Positions 1 to 12,100 of a DNA stretch of 64,000 bases are shown here, piece by piece. The stretch's first letter is position 1, and each line of letters opens with the position of its first letter. Position numbers and translations under genes: made by a program. The notes under the pieces were generated by a model. That model had not been told where the DNA came from. It worked only from the letters and a program-made list of their open reading frames with translations, and made no database searches. The stretch comes from Verrucomicrobiia bacterium (GTDB taxonomy: Bacteria; Verrucomicrobiota; Verrucomicrobiia; Limisphaerales; UBA1319): contig OY760937.1 of the NCBI GenBank assembly GCA_963664225.1, positions 4,992,001 to 5,056,000 on the forward strand, given 5' to 3'.

Positions 1-327
1 ATCCTGCTCAACCTGTTGAACAACGCGGTAAAATTCACCGAGGGCGGCGGGGTCACATTGGTGGCGGACGCGGACCGTGGGATGGTGCGTGTGCGAATCA
101 CGGACACGGGCATCGGCATCAAGGCCGGGGATCTGGCCAATTTATTCAGGCCCTTTCAGCAGGTTGCCAATGGATTGTCGCGCAGTCACGAAGGCACGGG
201 GCTTGGGCTGGTCATTTGCCGACGGTTATCCGAACTGCTTGGTGGTGAAATTCGCGTGCAGAGTGAGCCGGGCCGGGGCAGCACCTTTACCATGCTTTTG
301 CCCATGAAAGGGCCTCAGTCGATATGA
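1..327 (+). CDS. Sensor histidine kinase, C-terminal HATPase domain (5'-truncated by window edge)
   Basis: Open frame from base 1. N box NLLNNAVKFT, G1 DTGIGI, F box LFRPF, G2 GTGLGL. Confidence 0.95.
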   Translation: MLLNLLNNAVKFTEGGGVTLVADADRGMVRVRITDTGIGIKAGDLANLFRPFQQVANGLSRSHEGTGLGLVICRRLSELLGGEIRVQSEPGRGSTFTMLLPMKGPQSI

Positions 328-710
328 AAAAGACGATTTTAATGATCGAAGACAATGAGCAGAACCGTTATCTGGCCACTTTTCTATTGGAGAAAAGCGG
401 CCATGCGGTGGTGCATGCGGCCAACGGCCCTGCGGGACTCGATCTGGCCGTCCGGGTATCCTTCGACCTCATACTGCTCGACATTCAGCTCCCTGGCATG
501 GATGGCTACGACGTGGCGCGGGCGTTGCGGGATATTCCCGTCCTGAACAGCGTGCCGATCATCGCCGTCACGTCCTACGCGATGGCCGGCGACCGCGAAA
601 AAGCGCTGGCTGCGGGCTGTAATCACTATATAGAGAAACCCATCAACCCCGAAACGTTTGTGGCGGAGGTCACCCGGCACATGCGTACCTCCAGGGAGGC
701 AAGATCATGA
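324..710 (+). CDS. Single-domain response regulator (CheY/DivK-like)
   Basis: REC motifs ILMIEDN, LLDIQLPGMDG, KP. ATGA overlaps with both neighbours. Confidence 0.95.
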   Translation: MKKTILMIEDNEQNRYLATFLLEKSGHAVVHAANGPAGLDLAVRVSFDLILLDIQLPGMDGYDVARALRDIPVLNSVPIIAVTSYAMAGDREKALAAGCNHYIEKPINPETFVAEVTRHMRTSREARS

Positions 711-3334
711 TTCGAATTCTGATCGCGGATGACAAGGAGGAGGCCCTTTATTACCTCCAGAAGTTGCTTGGTGGCAACGGTTACACGGTGGAGGGCGCCC
801 ATCACGGCGCCGAGGCGCTTGTCAAAGCGCGCCAATCCCCGCCGCAATTGATTATCTCGGACCTGCTCATGCCGGTCATGGATGGCTACACGTTATTGCG
901 TCACTGGAAATCCGACGCGCGATTGAAGCAGATTCCCTTTATTGTCTATACGGCCACCTACACCGATCCCAAGGATGAACAACTGGCGCTGGACCTTGGT
1001 GCAGACGCCTTCATCCTGAAACCCGCCGAACCGGAGGCGTTGCTGGCGCGCGTTCGCTCAGTGCTGGCTGCGGGTCAGGCCGACCATCTGACGCTGCCGC
1101 AGCGAACGGAGGGTGAGGATAAGGTTCTGCTCAAGACATACAGCGAAGTGCTCGTCCATAAACTCGAGGAAAAGGCGCTCGAATTGGAGCAGACCAACCG
1201 CGCCCTTGAAGCGGACATCGCCGAGCGCGGGAGGGCGGAGCAAGACATTCAGAGGCTCAATCGGGTCTATGCGGTGTTGAGCGGCATCAACCAGGCCATC
1301 GTGCGCGAGAAAGATCCGCAGGTGATGATGGAGGCCGTTTGTCGCATTGCCGTGGAAGATGGGAAGTTTCGAATGGCGTGGATTGGAAAGCTGGACCCGG
1401 AAGGCCAAGAGTTGAAACCCACCGCCTCCTGTGGCGTGGTGGAAGGATATACGGACGTGGTGAGGATCGATTTAAGGGACAACGCAACCTCCCCGGGTCC
1501 GGGGGTGCGGTGTCTTCTTACCGGCGAGCACGCCGTCTGCAATGACATCGCACATGATCCCTCCTACCAGCCGTGGCGGGACGAGGCGCTAAAACGGGGA
1601 TACCAGTCATCAGGAGGTTTTCCGCTCAAGGTCGATGGCCAGGTTGTCGGTGTCTTTAGCCTCTACGCCGAGGAGCCAGGCTTTTTCAGCGACGAAGAGT
1701 TGCGTCTGCTCGATGAATTGGCGATGGATATTTCCTTTGCCCTGGAAGTCAGTCGGCGCGAGAAGGAACGCGAAAAGACGGAATTGGAGTTGCGCTGGCG
1801 GACGGCTTTCTTTGAAGCGCAAGTAGAATCCGCTCTGGATGGCATATTGGTCGTGGACGGCCAGGGAAATAAGATTCTCCAAAACCAACGGCTGAACGAT
1901 CTTTGGAAGATTCCCCCGCATATTGCCGAGAGCAAGGATGACGCCATGCAAATCAGGTTCGTCACCAGCCAGACGAAGAATCCAAAACAGTTTGGCGAGA
2001 AAATCGTGCATTTGAATTCGCACCCGGACCAGGTGAGCAGAGATGAAATTGAAATGATGGATGGAACGATCCTGGACCGATACTCCTCACCTGTGCGGGA
2101 CAAGGCCGGGCAATATTACGGACGAATCTGGACTTTTCGCGACATCACTGAAAAGCGGCAATTGGAGCAACAATTCCGCCAATCGCAGAAAATGGAGGCC
2201 ATCGGCCAATTGGCCGGCGGGGTGGCGCACGACTTTAATAATATCCTCGCTTCGATCATGATGGAGGCCGAACTCGCTGTCACGGAGACGAATGTTTCGG
2301 CGGAAACACGGGTGGCTCTGAACGATATCAGGGCCGCTGCTGAACGGGCCGCCAATCTCACGCGCCAGTTGCTCGCCTTCAGCCGGCGTCAGGTCATGCA
2401 AACGCGGCTGCTTGATTTGAATGAAATCGTCACCAGCCTTTCGAAAATGCTGCAACGCATCCTGGGAGCGGACGTGAGCCTGCAACTCAACCTGCACCCG
2501 AGCCATTTAATGGCGCGCGCCGATGCCGGGATGCTGGACCAGGTGCTGCTCAACCTGGTTGTCAACGCCCGGGATGCCATGCCCAAAGGAGGAAAGCTCA
2601 CCATCGAAACCGCGGAGAAGTTTCTTGGGAAAGGGGAGGCCGGGTTATTCCCTGACACCGTAGCTGGACGATACGTCTGTTTGTCCGTCACCGACACAGG
2701 TTGTGGCATGTCCCCGGAGATCAGGGCACACCTTTTCGAGCCGTTCTTTACGACCAAGGAACCCGGCAAGGGCACAGGCCTCGGCCTGGCCACCGTCTTC
2801 GGCATCGTCAAACAGCACGGCGGCAAGATCACGGTTTCGAGCAATGTCGGCGCGGGGACGACGTTTCATGTTTTTCTCCCGGCCGAGGAAACCGCCGACC
2901 ATGGCGGCATCCAGGAAAATCCGATGTCCAAACCGCGCGGCGGCACGGAAACCATCCTATTGGTCGAAGACGAGCCGTCCGTGCGCAGATTGACCCGCAT
3001 CGTGCTGGAGCGGGCAGGCTACCATGTGTTGGAAGCCCATAATGGCGTTGAGGCGATGCAGCTTTGGGAATCGCACCAGGATACGATTCAGCTTTTATTC
3101 ACCGACATCATGATGCCGGAAGGCGTGAGCGGACACGATCTGGCGGCTCAATTGCTGGCGCGCAATCCCAGGCTAAGCGTCATCTTCACCAGCGGTTACA
3201 GCGCTGAAATTGCGGGACGAGAGCTCTCATTGAAAGCGGGACAGAACTTCATCCAAAAGCCAGCCTTGCCCTCCCAACTGTTGGAAATTGTCCGCCAGTG
3301 TTTGGATGGCATGGTTCAGGCCAGCAACGCATAG
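707..3334 (+). CDS. Hybrid sensor kinase REC-GAF-PAS-HisKA-HATPase-REC
   Basis: N-terminal REC ([10 protein letters not shown]), GAF segment, PAS segment, H-box [23 protein letters not shown]-terminal REC. Confidence 0.95.
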   Translation: MIRILIADDKEEALYYLQKLLGGNGYTVEGAHHGAEALVKARQSPPQLIISDLLMPVMDGYTLLRHWKSDARLKQIPFIVYTATYTDPKDEQLALDLGADAFILKPAEPEALLARVRSVLAAGQADHLTLPQRTEGEDKVLLKTYSEVLVHKLEEKALELEQTNRALEADIAERGRAEQDIQRLNRVYAVLSGINQAIVREKDPQVMMEAVCRIAVEDGKFRMAWIGKLDPEGQELKPTASCGVVEGYTDVVRIDLRDNATSPGPGVRCLLTGEHAVCNDIAHDPSYQPWRDEALKRGYQSSGGFPLKVDGQVVGVFSLYAEEPGFFSDEELRLLDELAMDISFALEVSRREKEREKTELELRWRTAFFEAQVESALDGILVVDGQGNKILQNQRLNDLWKIPPHIAESKDDAMQIRFVTSQTKNPKQFGEKIVHLNSHPDQVSRDEIEMMDGTILDRYSSPVRDKAGQYYGRIWTFRDITEKRQLEQQFRQSQKMEAIGQLAGGVAHDFNNILASIMMEAELAVTETNVSAETRVALNDIRAAAERAANLTRQLLAFSRRQVMQTRLLDLNEIVTSLSKMLQRILGADVSLQLNLHPSHLMARADAGMLDQVLLNLVVNARDAMPKGGKLTIETAEKFLGKGEAGLFPDTVAGRYVCLSVTDTGCGMSPEIRAHLFEPFFTTKEPGKGTGLGLATVFGIVKQHGGKITVSSNVGAGTTFHVFLPAEETADHGGIQENPMSKPRGGTETILLVEDEPSVRRLTRIVLERAGYHVLEAHNGVEAMQLWESHQDTIQLLFTDIMMPEGVSGHDLAAQLLARNPRLSVIFTSGYSAEIAGRELSLKAGQNFIQKPALPSQLLEIVRQCLDGMVQASNA

Positions 3335-3419
3335 AGTGCGAGATACGCCCGCATGTTGGAACTGTTTGACCGGCTGGTGAAGCCGGACGGGGCCTGGTAG
3401 AAAAAGCCGCACACAAATA

Positions 3420-3450
3420 AAGAACCGCACCCTTGCGGGATGCGGTTCTT
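3420..3450. terminator. Probable bidirectional terminator hairpin
   Basis: AAGAACCGCA...TGCGGTTCTT inverted repeat between convergent genes. Confidence 0.7.
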
Positions 3451-3475
3451 GAATCGGAAAGTTGGAGCAGGCTTT

Positions 3476-4804
3476 TTAGCGGAGCTTGTAGGGGGCCCGG
3501 TAAGGACGGGTGAGAAGCTTGGAGGCTTCCTTGTCCCCGATGATGACTTCCTTCTTCGCGTCCCACTTGATTTTGCGGCCGGTCATCATGGCGATGAGGC
3601 TCAGGTGCCCCGGGATGGCGGAATGATGCGCGGTTTCCACAGGGGTGATGGTCGGTTTCCGGGATTTGATGGAATCGAGGAAATTGCGATGGTGGTTGTT
3701 GGACTTGATCAGCTTCACCTTGCGCACGCTTTCGGGAAGTTTGGAGATATCCTTGTACTCGGGATTCGAGCAATCGAAACCGCCGCGATCCACCCAGACC
3801 CAGCCGTCCGTGCCGATCCACTTGGTGCCGCTGCGAATGTCGCCATATCCACCCGCGATGATCATGGTGATATCCTGCGGGTATTTGAGCGTGGCGCGGT
3901 ACTTGGTGGCGGTGTTCCAGATTGCATCAGGCGCCGGGAATTCGCCCGTGCCCTCGATTTCCATGGGCCCTTCGTTGTCGAAGTCCAGACCCCAATGGGC
4001 GATGTCGCCGTGGTGACCGATCCAGTCCATAAGCTGGCCGCCGCCGGTGTTGTAGTTCCAGCGCCAGTTCATGTGCACGCGGCATTCGATGTAGGGTTCC
4101 ATCTTCGACGGCCCGATCCAGGTCTCGTAATCGAGTTGGGGAGGGGGAGCGGTGATGCTGCGCTTGGAGCGGGTGCCGGCAAAATCCGCGTGGCCGCTGG
4201 GCAGGCCGACTTCGACGCGTGTGACCTTGCCGATGAGGCCGTTGCGGACCATTTCGGCGCCTTTGTGGAAATTCTCGACCGAACGCTGCCAGGAACCGGT
4301 CTGCCAGATGCACTTGTTTTTCTGAACGGCTTTAACGATGGACTGCTGTTCGGCAATGGTGCGGGCGAGGGGTTTTTCGCTGTAAATATCCTTCTTGCGG
4401 CGGGCGGCCTCGGTGGCGACCAGGTTGTGCCAGTGGTCAGGAACGGCGAGCATGACCGCGTCAATGTCCTTGCGCTCCATCATTTCGCGATAGTCGTGAT
4501 ACGATTTGCAATCCTGGTTCTTGTAGGTGCCGTTGATCTTATCAAGGGCCTGCTGCAAATGGTTTTTGTCCAGATCGCAGGCGGCGATGACCTGGCAGTC
4601 CTTTTGGGCGAGGAATGCATCGGTGTTGCCCGGACCCATCATGCCCCAGCCGACCACGCCCATGGTGATGCGCTCAGAGGGGGCGGTATGCCCATCCCGG
4701 CCCAATGCGCTGGCGGGGATGATTGTGGGCGCTGCAATGACGGTTGCGGCCGCGGCGATAAAACGCCTCCGGCTCATATTGAAATTTTGTGTTTTGGAAC
4801 TCAT
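3476..4804 (-). CDS. Tat-exported Gfo/Idh/MocA family oxidoreductase
   Basis: SRRRFI Tat motif, GVVGWG, VPDHWH, YSEKP, WDxWxGP-like DYETWIGP. Confidence 0.92.
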   Translation of the reverse strand: MSSKTQNFNMSRRRFIAAAATVIAAPTIIPASALGRDGHTAPSERITMGVVGWGMMGPGNTDAFLAQKDCQVIAACDLDKNHLQQALDKINGTYKNQDCKSYHDYREMMERKDIDAVMLAVPDHWHNLVATEAARRKKDIYSEKPLARTIAEQQSIVKAVQKNKCIWQTGSWQRSVENFHKGAEMVRNGLIGKVTRVEVGLPSGHADFAGTRSKRSITAPPPQLDYETWIGPSKMEPYIECRVHMNWRWNYNTGGGQLMDWIGHHGDIAHWGLDFDNEGPMEIEGTGEFPAPDAIWNTATKYRATLKYPQDITMIIAGGYGDIRSGTKWIGTDGWVWVDRGGFDCSNPEYKDISKLPESVRKVKLIKSNNHHRNFLDSIKSRKPTITPVETAHHSAIPGHLSLIAMMTGRKIKWDAKKEVIIGDKEASKLLTRPYRAPYKLR

Positions 4805-5044
4805 GTTGAACGCCACCCTGCCTGTTTCCTTGGCGGCTTTCCACGAAAAAATGACGTTTTGTCATCACCGATTTCGGGGAGGGGCATAATGGAGGTACAG
4901 GATGGAAGAAAGAACGGAGGCCACCGTTTCACCAAAATCATCTTTTGCCCGGAAATTGGACTCCGCGGTTGTGAAATGCATTGCTTTCCTCTGTAATGCG
5001 TATCACAATTTATCAACAAATCCCGCTATGGAGCCCATAATGTT

Positions 5045-6538
5045 ATGAACCGTCGAAATTTCTTAAAAACAGCCGGTGTATCGGCAACCATGCTCACCAT
5101 CGTTCCAAACCAGGTGATCCGCGCCTCGGGGCAGACCCCGCCCAGCGAAAAATTGACGGTGGCCCTGATCGGCTGTGGCACGCAGGGCTTGCGCGAGATG
5201 ATCGACATGCTGGCGATTCAAAACGTCCAGGTGGTGGCGGTTTGCGATCCCAACAAGGACAGCGATAATTACGTCGATTGGTCGAAGGACGGCTTGCGGT
5301 CGGGCATTGCCAGCGCGATTGGGAAACCCGACTGGCGGGCCGGAACACGCGGTATTCCCGGCGGGCGGGTTGTGGCCAAGGAAATGGTGGAGATTTATTA
5401 CGCCAACAAGCGCGGTTCCGAGAAATACAACGGCTGCGCCATGTATTCGGATTATCGCGAATTGCTGGACAAGGAAAAGGGTTTGGACGCGGTGAAGATC
5501 ATGACGCCGGACCATCTGCACGCCACGATTGCCATTGCGGCGATGAAGAAGGGGAAGGCTGTGATGGTGCATAAGCCGCTGGCAAACCGGATTCATGAGG
5601 GCCGACTGGTGATCGAAACGGCGCGACAGACCAAGGTGCCGACGCATTTTATCCCGGCGTCCTCCAGCGAAAGCATTCATGCGGTGGCCCAGTGGATTCA
5701 GGAAGGTCATCTGGGCGCGCTGAGGGAAATTCATAACTGGTCGTATCGCCCGGTCTGGCCGCAATACTCGGTCATACCCAAGGAAACGCCGCCCGTGCCC
5801 GAGGGATTCGATTGGGACCTATGGCTCGGGCCGTCGCAGCCGCGGCCCTATCATCCGCACTACACGCATGCGGTGTTCCGGGGATGGTATGAATTTGGGG
5901 GCGGCGCAGTGGCCGACATGGGACATTACAGCCTCTGGCCGGTTTTCTCGGAATTCGGGCTGGATGCGCCGATCTGGGTGGAATCCACCCCCAGCCATCT
6001 GTGCACCATCGAAGACCATGTGAGTGTGAAAATTCACAACGATTATGCGTTTCCCGCCGCGTCCACGATCCGATTCCGGTTCGCGGCCAAGGGTGCGCGT
6101 CCAGGGCTGGATATTTTCTGGTATGACGGAGGAATTCGGCCTCCGACACCCGACGAACTGGAGGAGGACCATCGGGAGATGCCTGCAGAAGGCATGATGT
6201 TTGTCTGTGAGAAGGGGAAGATTCTGGCTGGGTTCCTCGGAGAAGAGCCGATGGTGATTCCGAAGAGTAAAAACGGCGAGTTCGAGGCATCGGTGGGGAA
6301 CCTCAAACGCTCAACGCGAAAATCGACCGCATGGGTCGAGGCCTTCAAGGGCGGGGAGCCGACGGTTGGGAACTTCCTGCTGGCGGGACCGATTACGGAC
6401 GCGTTTAACCTGGGCGCCATTTCGCTGCGGCTGGGCGGCAAACGACTGGCCTGGGACGCGGCCAACATGAAGATCACGAATGTTGCGGAGGCCAATAAGT
6501 ATTTGACCCGGGAATACCGGAAGGGATGGGAACTTTAA
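5045..6538 (+). CDS. Tat-exported Gfo/Idh/MocA family oxidoreductase
   Basis: MNRRNFLK Tat signal, IGCG, TPDHLH, HKP, WDLWLGP, DMGHY. Confidence 0.92.
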   Translation: MNRRNFLKTAGVSATMLTIVPNQVIRASGQTPPSEKLTVALIGCGTQGLREMIDMLAIQNVQVVAVCDPNKDSDNYVDWSKDGLRSGIASAIGKPDWRAGTRGIPGGRVVAKEMVEIYYANKRGSEKYNGCAMYSDYRELLDKEKGLDAVKIMTPDHLHATIAIAAMKKGKAVMVHKPLANRIHEGRLVIETARQTKVPTHFIPASSSESIHAVAQWIQEGHLGALREIHNWSYRPVWPQYSVIPKETPPVPEGFDWDLWLGPSQPRPYHPHYTHAVFRGWYEFGGGAVADMGHYSLWPVFSEFGLDAPIWVESTPSHLCTIEDHVSVKIHNDYAFPAASTIRFRFAAKGARPGLDIFWYDGGIRPPTPDELEEDHREMPAEGMMFVCEKGKILAGFLGEEPMVIPKSKNGEFEASVGNLKRSTRKSTAWVEAFKGGEPTVGNFLLAGPITDAFNLGAISLRLGGKRLAWDAANMKITNVAEANKYLTREYRKGWEL

Positions 6539-6567
6539 AATGTGAGTAAGTTGAAAGGGACAACAAT

Positions 6568-7413
6568 ATGACACGAAGAGAGTTTGTTGGAAAAACCGCG
6601 CTGGCGGCTGGAGCTTTAACCATGGGACCGATGATAACTGCCAACGCGGCGCCGTTGAGAATGCCGATTGGATTCCAAACCTTTCCAATCCGCGAAATGC
6701 TGGCGAAGGATTTCGAAGGCACCCTGCGCAAGATGGCGGGGCTCGGATATCAGACTGTGGAGATGTGCTCGCCGCCGGGATACGTGAGCAGCGGGTTTGG
6801 ACCGCTGGTCTCGATGAAGGCGCCGGAGATGCGGAGGATCATCAAATCCGCGGGGCTGAAGTGCGAGAGCTGCCATTACTCATTTTTGGAACTCCGGCAG
6901 AACCTCGACGAACGCATTGCGTTTGCGAAGGAACTGGGGCTCAAGCAAATGATCGCCTCGGGTTTCTGGCTCAAAGAAGACGCCAGGCTCGTCGATTGGC
7001 TCAACGCGTGCGACGAGATCAACGCGATCGGTGAGAAGACCAAGAAAGCGGGCATCCAGCTCGGATTTCACAACCACCACTTCGAGTTCAAGGAACTTGA
7101 AGGGAAACTGATCTATGACGCGATCATGGGTCAGCTCGATCCGAAGTTGATCAAAATGCAATTCCAGGTGGCCGTGGTGAATATCGGCTATGAAGCGGCG
7201 ACGTATTTCACCAAATACCCAGGACGGTTTATATCGATCCACCTGTCCGACTGGTCCGCCGGCAAGAAAAACACGGTGCCGATCGGGCAGGGGATTGTGG
7301 ACTGGAAGAAGCTGTTCGCGGCGGCCAAAATTGGTGGCGTGAAGAATTACTTCGTGGAAATGGACTTCGATACGCTAAAGCCCAGCGCGGAATATTTGCG
7401 CAAACTCAAATGA
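6568..7413 (+). CDS. Tat-exported sugar phosphate isomerase/epimerase (xylose isomerase-like TIM barrel)
   Basis: TRREFV Tat motif, GFHNH, IHLSD, GQGIVDW, FVE. Confidence 0.9.
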   Translation: MTRREFVGKTALAAGALTMGPMITANAAPLRMPIGFQTFPIREMLAKDFEGTLRKMAGLGYQTVEMCSPPGYVSSGFGPLVSMKAPEMRRIIKSAGLKCESCHYSFLELRQNLDERIAFAKELGLKQMIASGFWLKEDARLVDWLNACDEINAIGEKTKKAGIQLGFHNHHFEFKELEGKLIYDAIMGQLDPKLIKMQFQVAVVNIGYEAATYFTKYPGRFISIHLSDWSAGKKNTVPIGQGIVDWKKLFAAAKIGGVKNYFVEMDFDTLKPSAEYLRKLK

Positions 7414-7697
7414 CGGAACGGAACCTGAGTGCGTTATCCCCTCTTCAATGAATTGTGGAGTTCTATGATTTGTCGGGGAGGGGATGGGTGTCTTCTGGTT
7501 CGCTCGTGAGTTGCTGAAAGCCAGAAGCGAGGTGACGCGGGCGGATGGGCTGTCAATTCTCGCACAAGGTCAGCATCTGACGAATTGTTTTTGCAAGTAA
7601 CATTGCGGTCAATGTACAACAATCTTTTCGATGCTTTTAGCCATTGCAAACGTCGAGTGACCAAAAAACTCATGCCCGTGGTCTGAAACAGTTCTCA

Positions 7698-9158
7698 TTA
7701 TGAGCGCCGGAATTCACCAAGCGTCAGCCAGCCTGGCTTGTCCTGATCCTGGGTGCGATTGGCCCAGCGAAGGGGATTGCCATTGGGCAGGGGATTCATT
7801 GCGCGCAGGAGGAGCCTGTAAGAGCCGGGCGGAAGCAAGGTGGTATCGATTTCATACGCCCATTGGGTGGATGGATCGCCAGGAAGAATGCCCGTGAGCT
7901 TCCAATTGGTGCGCCAGGTTTGGGTGATTTTGCCCTGAGCGTCGAGTGCGGCCAGTTCGACCGGCCAATCGTAATAAAATGGCGCCACGCCTGCGTTGGT
8001 CAGTGTGAGAGAGACCGGAACGCAACCATTGGTCGCAGCGACGGGGATGGAGACATTGGAGACATACAACTCGTAACCAAGTCGGCGCGCGGCCTCAAGT
8101 GCCCGTTGACGCGCGGCCCCTTGGAGCGAAGCGGAGAACACCCCTTCGTTGGAGAGCCACGAGGCGTGAGTGGCGGTCAGACTGCGGTCAAATTCCTGTC
8201 CATGGGGCGCCGAGGTGGGTTCATCAAACAAGCCCTTCCAAACTTCCGGCCGGACTTCGCCGCCGATGGGTTGCGTGCGCCATTTTTCCTGGGCTCCAGC
8301 GCGGCGGAGCAACGTCTCGAAAAACCAGGCATCCGATGGCTTTCCGGTATGCACGGTGGCCCATGCGAAGGAGTCGTCGTGGTAACCGATGGCCCGGTGG
8401 CTGTTATCCGCTTGATGTGGATCGTTTGCGCCACGCGGATAACGCGCGACAAGCCGCGTGCGTTTGAAGGCGGACTCGAAGGCATCCATCACCTCCGCCT
8501 GGACCGTTTTACTCGCGAACCACTCGTCGTGCGGATAATTGTGCCATTCACCCCAGGTGCCGAGGAGGCCCAGGCCAATGAAGCCAATGCGCGGGTCGCC
8601 ATCGTATTTCGCGCCCAGGGCGCGGATGAAACTTACCAGAGCTGTGCGCAAACGCGGGTCTTCATAATCCGGTGTGTCGCTCAGTTGACGAGGAAAAGGC
8701 TGGGTGTTGGAATTGGTCCAGCGATGCATTATCAGACCGTCATCGATGAGATAGCGCGGCACGCCGGTGGGTTTGCCGGGATATTCGAGATAAAATCGGG
8801 CGTAGAATTGATGACCGCGTGCGGCGGAGGCGTTGAGGCGGGTCTCAAAAGGCGTCCAATCAAAACGTCCTTCACCGGTCATCACCGAGGCTACTGATGT
8901 GTAGTCCCACTCCATGCTGTGGGGAAAACTGGTTTTCGAACCCAGATACGGAATAAACCCCTTGAGCGGATTGTCCGGCGGACTGGGCGCGTAGTCCAAC
9001 GCGACGGGTTTGGTTTGCGCGGCATCAGCGGAAATCGTGGGATTATCCGAATGAGCAACGACAGTGCCCCAAAGGAGCACGCCACTCAGGAGAAGCAGCG
9101 CGCCCCAAAGGATCAGGCTCCGTTTACGGATGGGAGCATGGGCAGCGGCGATATTCAC
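7698..9158 (-). CDS. Secreted DUF4832-type putative glycoside hydrolase
   Basis: Signal peptide, NPLKG, YDGDPRI, GxWGEWH, GYHDDSF, GGEVRP, C-terminal LTNAGVAPFYYDWPV. Confidence 0.8.
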   Translation of the reverse strand: MNIAAAHAPIRKRSLILWGALLLLSGVLLWGTVVAHSDNPTISADAAQTKPVALDYAPSPPDNPLKGFIPYLGSKTSFPHSMEWDYTSVASVMTGEGRFDWTPFETRLNASAARGHQFYARFYLEYPGKPTGVPRYLIDDGLIMHRWTNSNTQPFPRQLSDTPDYEDPRLRTALVSFIRALGAKYDGDPRIGFIGLGLLGTWGEWHNYPHDEWFASKTVQAEVMDAFESAFKRTRLVARYPRGANDPHQADNSHRAIGYHDDSFAWATVHTGKPSDAWFFETLLRRAGAQEKWRTQPIGGEVRPEVWKGLFDEPTSAPHGQEFDRSLTATHASWLSNEGVFSASLQGAARQRALEAARRLGYELYVSNVSIPVAATNGCVPVSLTLTNAGVAPFYYDWPVELAALDAQGKITQTWRTNWKLTGILPGDPSTQWAYEIDTTLLPPGSYRLLLRAMNPLPNGNPLRWANRTQDQDKPGWLTLGEFRRS

Positions 9159-12100
9159 GGTTCGAATCCAAACTCAAGTTCGTTGGCCCAATGGGTCTGC
9201 CAGTCGTTATGGAACGTGAGGCAATTCTCCTTGGAAACACTCCGCTGCGCGGCCAATTCCTGGGCCGGTCCGCGATTGTCGTTCACGCGGAAGGTGAATT
9301 TGACGGTCTGATGTTGATCGACCCGGCGCTTTACGTCGGGAATGGACGACCAGGGCAGGGCGGCCTCGATGATTCTAAGGTTGCCTTCGTGGCGCATGAC
9401 GAGCTTGCCGTCCTTGACCGGTCCGCCGTCGATGGGAGCCTTGGGTTGGCGTGGGTAGAAATGTTTGCGAGGCATTCCGGGCTTGAGCAGACACCAGATT
9501 TCTTCGCCGCCGCCAAACTTTGGAGCCACGGAGTTGAAGACAAATTCGTAATCCGTGTCGGGATAAGCCATATAACGAGGCATGGTGCCCTTGGGATGTG
9601 AATACATGCTTTTCTGCGAAGCGGGAAGGACGTTGAATGCCAGTTGAACATTGTCCGAATTACCGCTGCCCGAGGGAATCTCAAAGTCGCGCCGGTAGGT
9701 AAAGCGCCTCACTCCTGCGGGCCAGACCAATTCCTTGCGTCCGTCCTTGGGTTTCGAAAAGCTTTTTTCGGGATAGAAATAACTATCGTCATCGCGTGTT
9801 TCAAAGCGGGGCCCGCCTTCGTAAGGGGTGTTATCGACCACCTTGGCCGCGAAATAGAAATAGCGGTCGTCATACGCGGTGTAACCGATGGCTAAGCCGT
9901 TTTTGGCATTGGCATCGACCTTCATGAAAGGGAGCCAGGCGGTTTCGGTGAGATTGGCGCGAATACCCTCACCGCCCACGGGCTGGGGCAAAACATCCTT
10001 CCAATCCTCCAGCTTGCCATCGACCTCGATGGTGCGATGGGCAACGACGTTCGCGTGGACTGTTTCCTGGTGCTCGCAGGAGCCATCGCTTCCGGCATCG
10101 AACGCGACCCGGGCGACGTAGCAGTTATCCTCGCGGACCTTGCTGGCCAAAAGAGCCGGTGAATAGATGCGGGTTTCGTGTGGCGCGAGCCTTACCTCCA
10201 TTTTTTGCGGAGCCAGCTCACAGCCATCCACGGAGAAACTCAGTATCCCTTTGACGGGGCGGTTGAGGATGTTCGTGACCTTGACCTTGAGCGTGGGCTT
10301 GCGAGTCACGGGAACGGTGAAATCGCTGACCTCAAACGCCACGGGTTCGTAGCCCTGGATTTTTGCCTTGCGCACTGCGGCGACCAGTTGCTTGAAGGAA
10401 CCTTTGGCGCCTGTGGTGCGCAGGAAATAGCCGAGGCCATTCAGTGGAACCACAATCTGGCCTTGCTGCGATGGCTGGGGATTTCCATAGAAATCGTAGA
10501 GAACGAACCGTCCATTTTGATCCGGGAAGGAGAGCGTGGCATTCTCAATGAGCGGTGTGGCGGCAAGTTTGTTTTCGCCATCGTCACTTTTTGCAGTGGT
10601 GGGCTTTGCATTGTGCGTGAGACTGCCCACGCCACGGAACAAAGTGCGGTCGCGATTATAGACAGCGCCCAGATCGCCCAGCACAACAAGCGTGCCGTCG
10701 TCGTCCGATTTTAAACCATCGAACGCATAAATCCATGGCAGACCGTTCGTAAAGAGAATTCCCTTGAACGCGCGTTGTCCGATGAATTGCTGGACGGCGG
10801 CCACGGCGACGGCTGGCGACCAGGTATGCACCACGGAAACCTGTTTGTTCTCAAGGTCGCGATTCCAGTGCATTTCATAAACGTTTCCGCCGTAAATGCC
10901 CGCAGTGCGGCTTTGGCCCTGCGAGCGCATGGAGGCGATCACTCCGGCCACGCGGTCCTCGGAATTGGCAATCCAGCTTTCGGTGTCCCAGACGCGCACC
11001 GGTCCATAGGGCGATTTGCGATTCATCCAATTGGGCTCGAGCGCTGGGTCCGCTGCGAGTGGCTGGTAGTGAATGCTCACAAAATCAAGCCACTGTAAAA
11101 ACTTGTCCGAACCGTCGGGAAAAAGCTTGTCGCGGGTATTCGTGGAGGAACAGGCCCCGCCAATGAGCACCTGGGTGTGGCCTTCGGTGCGTCCGGCTTC
11201 GGTGCCGCGGGCCATGTGTTCGTAAATCTCCCGAAATCGCAGGCAATCCGCACCCCAGCCTGAGATGGAGACGCCTTCCCACGGCTCGTTCCACAATTCA
11301 ACGGCGTTAACCGGCCCCTTGGGCCAGCCAAATTCGGCTGCAACCATCGTGCACCATTTCTCAAAATCGGCGTCGTATTCGGGCATCCAGGCGTAGTCCT
11401 CTTTGATGTTCTCCATCATTGTGCCGTCCTCCTTGAGCCAGGGCCGGGGCTGTCCCAATGGTTGCGGAGCGCCACCTTCGCCTATGGTCATCAGGACGGT
11501 GATGTTGTGATCCTGCATTTCGCGCAGTTCCTTGCGCAGGCGCGCCCAGCGTCCAGCGAAATCAGGTGCGGTCGTGGGGAAATAGCCGACTCCATAGCGG
11601 CACCCCTTGATACCGAGGCGTTGGAAAAGTTTGTAAGTCTGAACGCTGATTTCGTGAGGCCAGGGCATGTCCATGGCGTAGGTGGGATATTGGACACGGT
11701 CCGGGTCTGCTTTCGGGGCGCGCACCAGGGTGGTCGCCATGGTTCGACCGTGACTCCCAAGGTCCAGGATCAGTGCGTATCCGCCGAAGGCTTCGGGCAG
11801 CGGCGGACGGGCGATCACTTCCGTGTTGGTGCCTGCGGGGATGTTGATGGTGACCGGAATTTTGACGGTTGTGCCGATCTGAAACAAATCCGGTTCCCAC
11901 ACATCGTTGGGTTTACTCTTCGTGCCGTATTGAATAAGTTCCCAATGCCCCTCGCATTGCAGGGGTTCTTTGTTTTTGTTGGTGAGTTTAAAGACCAGTT
12001 CGGATTGTTCGCCCGGCCAGACGACATTGGCGGGAGGGGTGGAACGAATTTCCTCCAGCGTGAATTCTGCCGCCCGGCTTTCCCCGCCAAGGCCGAAGAC

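Noticed and set aside
3440..4996. 518-aa + strand ORF and similar long antisense ORFs (7863-8897, 12674-13684, 59513-60460)
   Set aside because: Shadow frames opposite well-supported genes in GC-rich DNA, with no recognisable motifs.
7414..7697. 79-aa ORF or ncRNA in the convergent intergenic gap
   Set aside because: No motif, ribosome-binding site or convincing structure seen.
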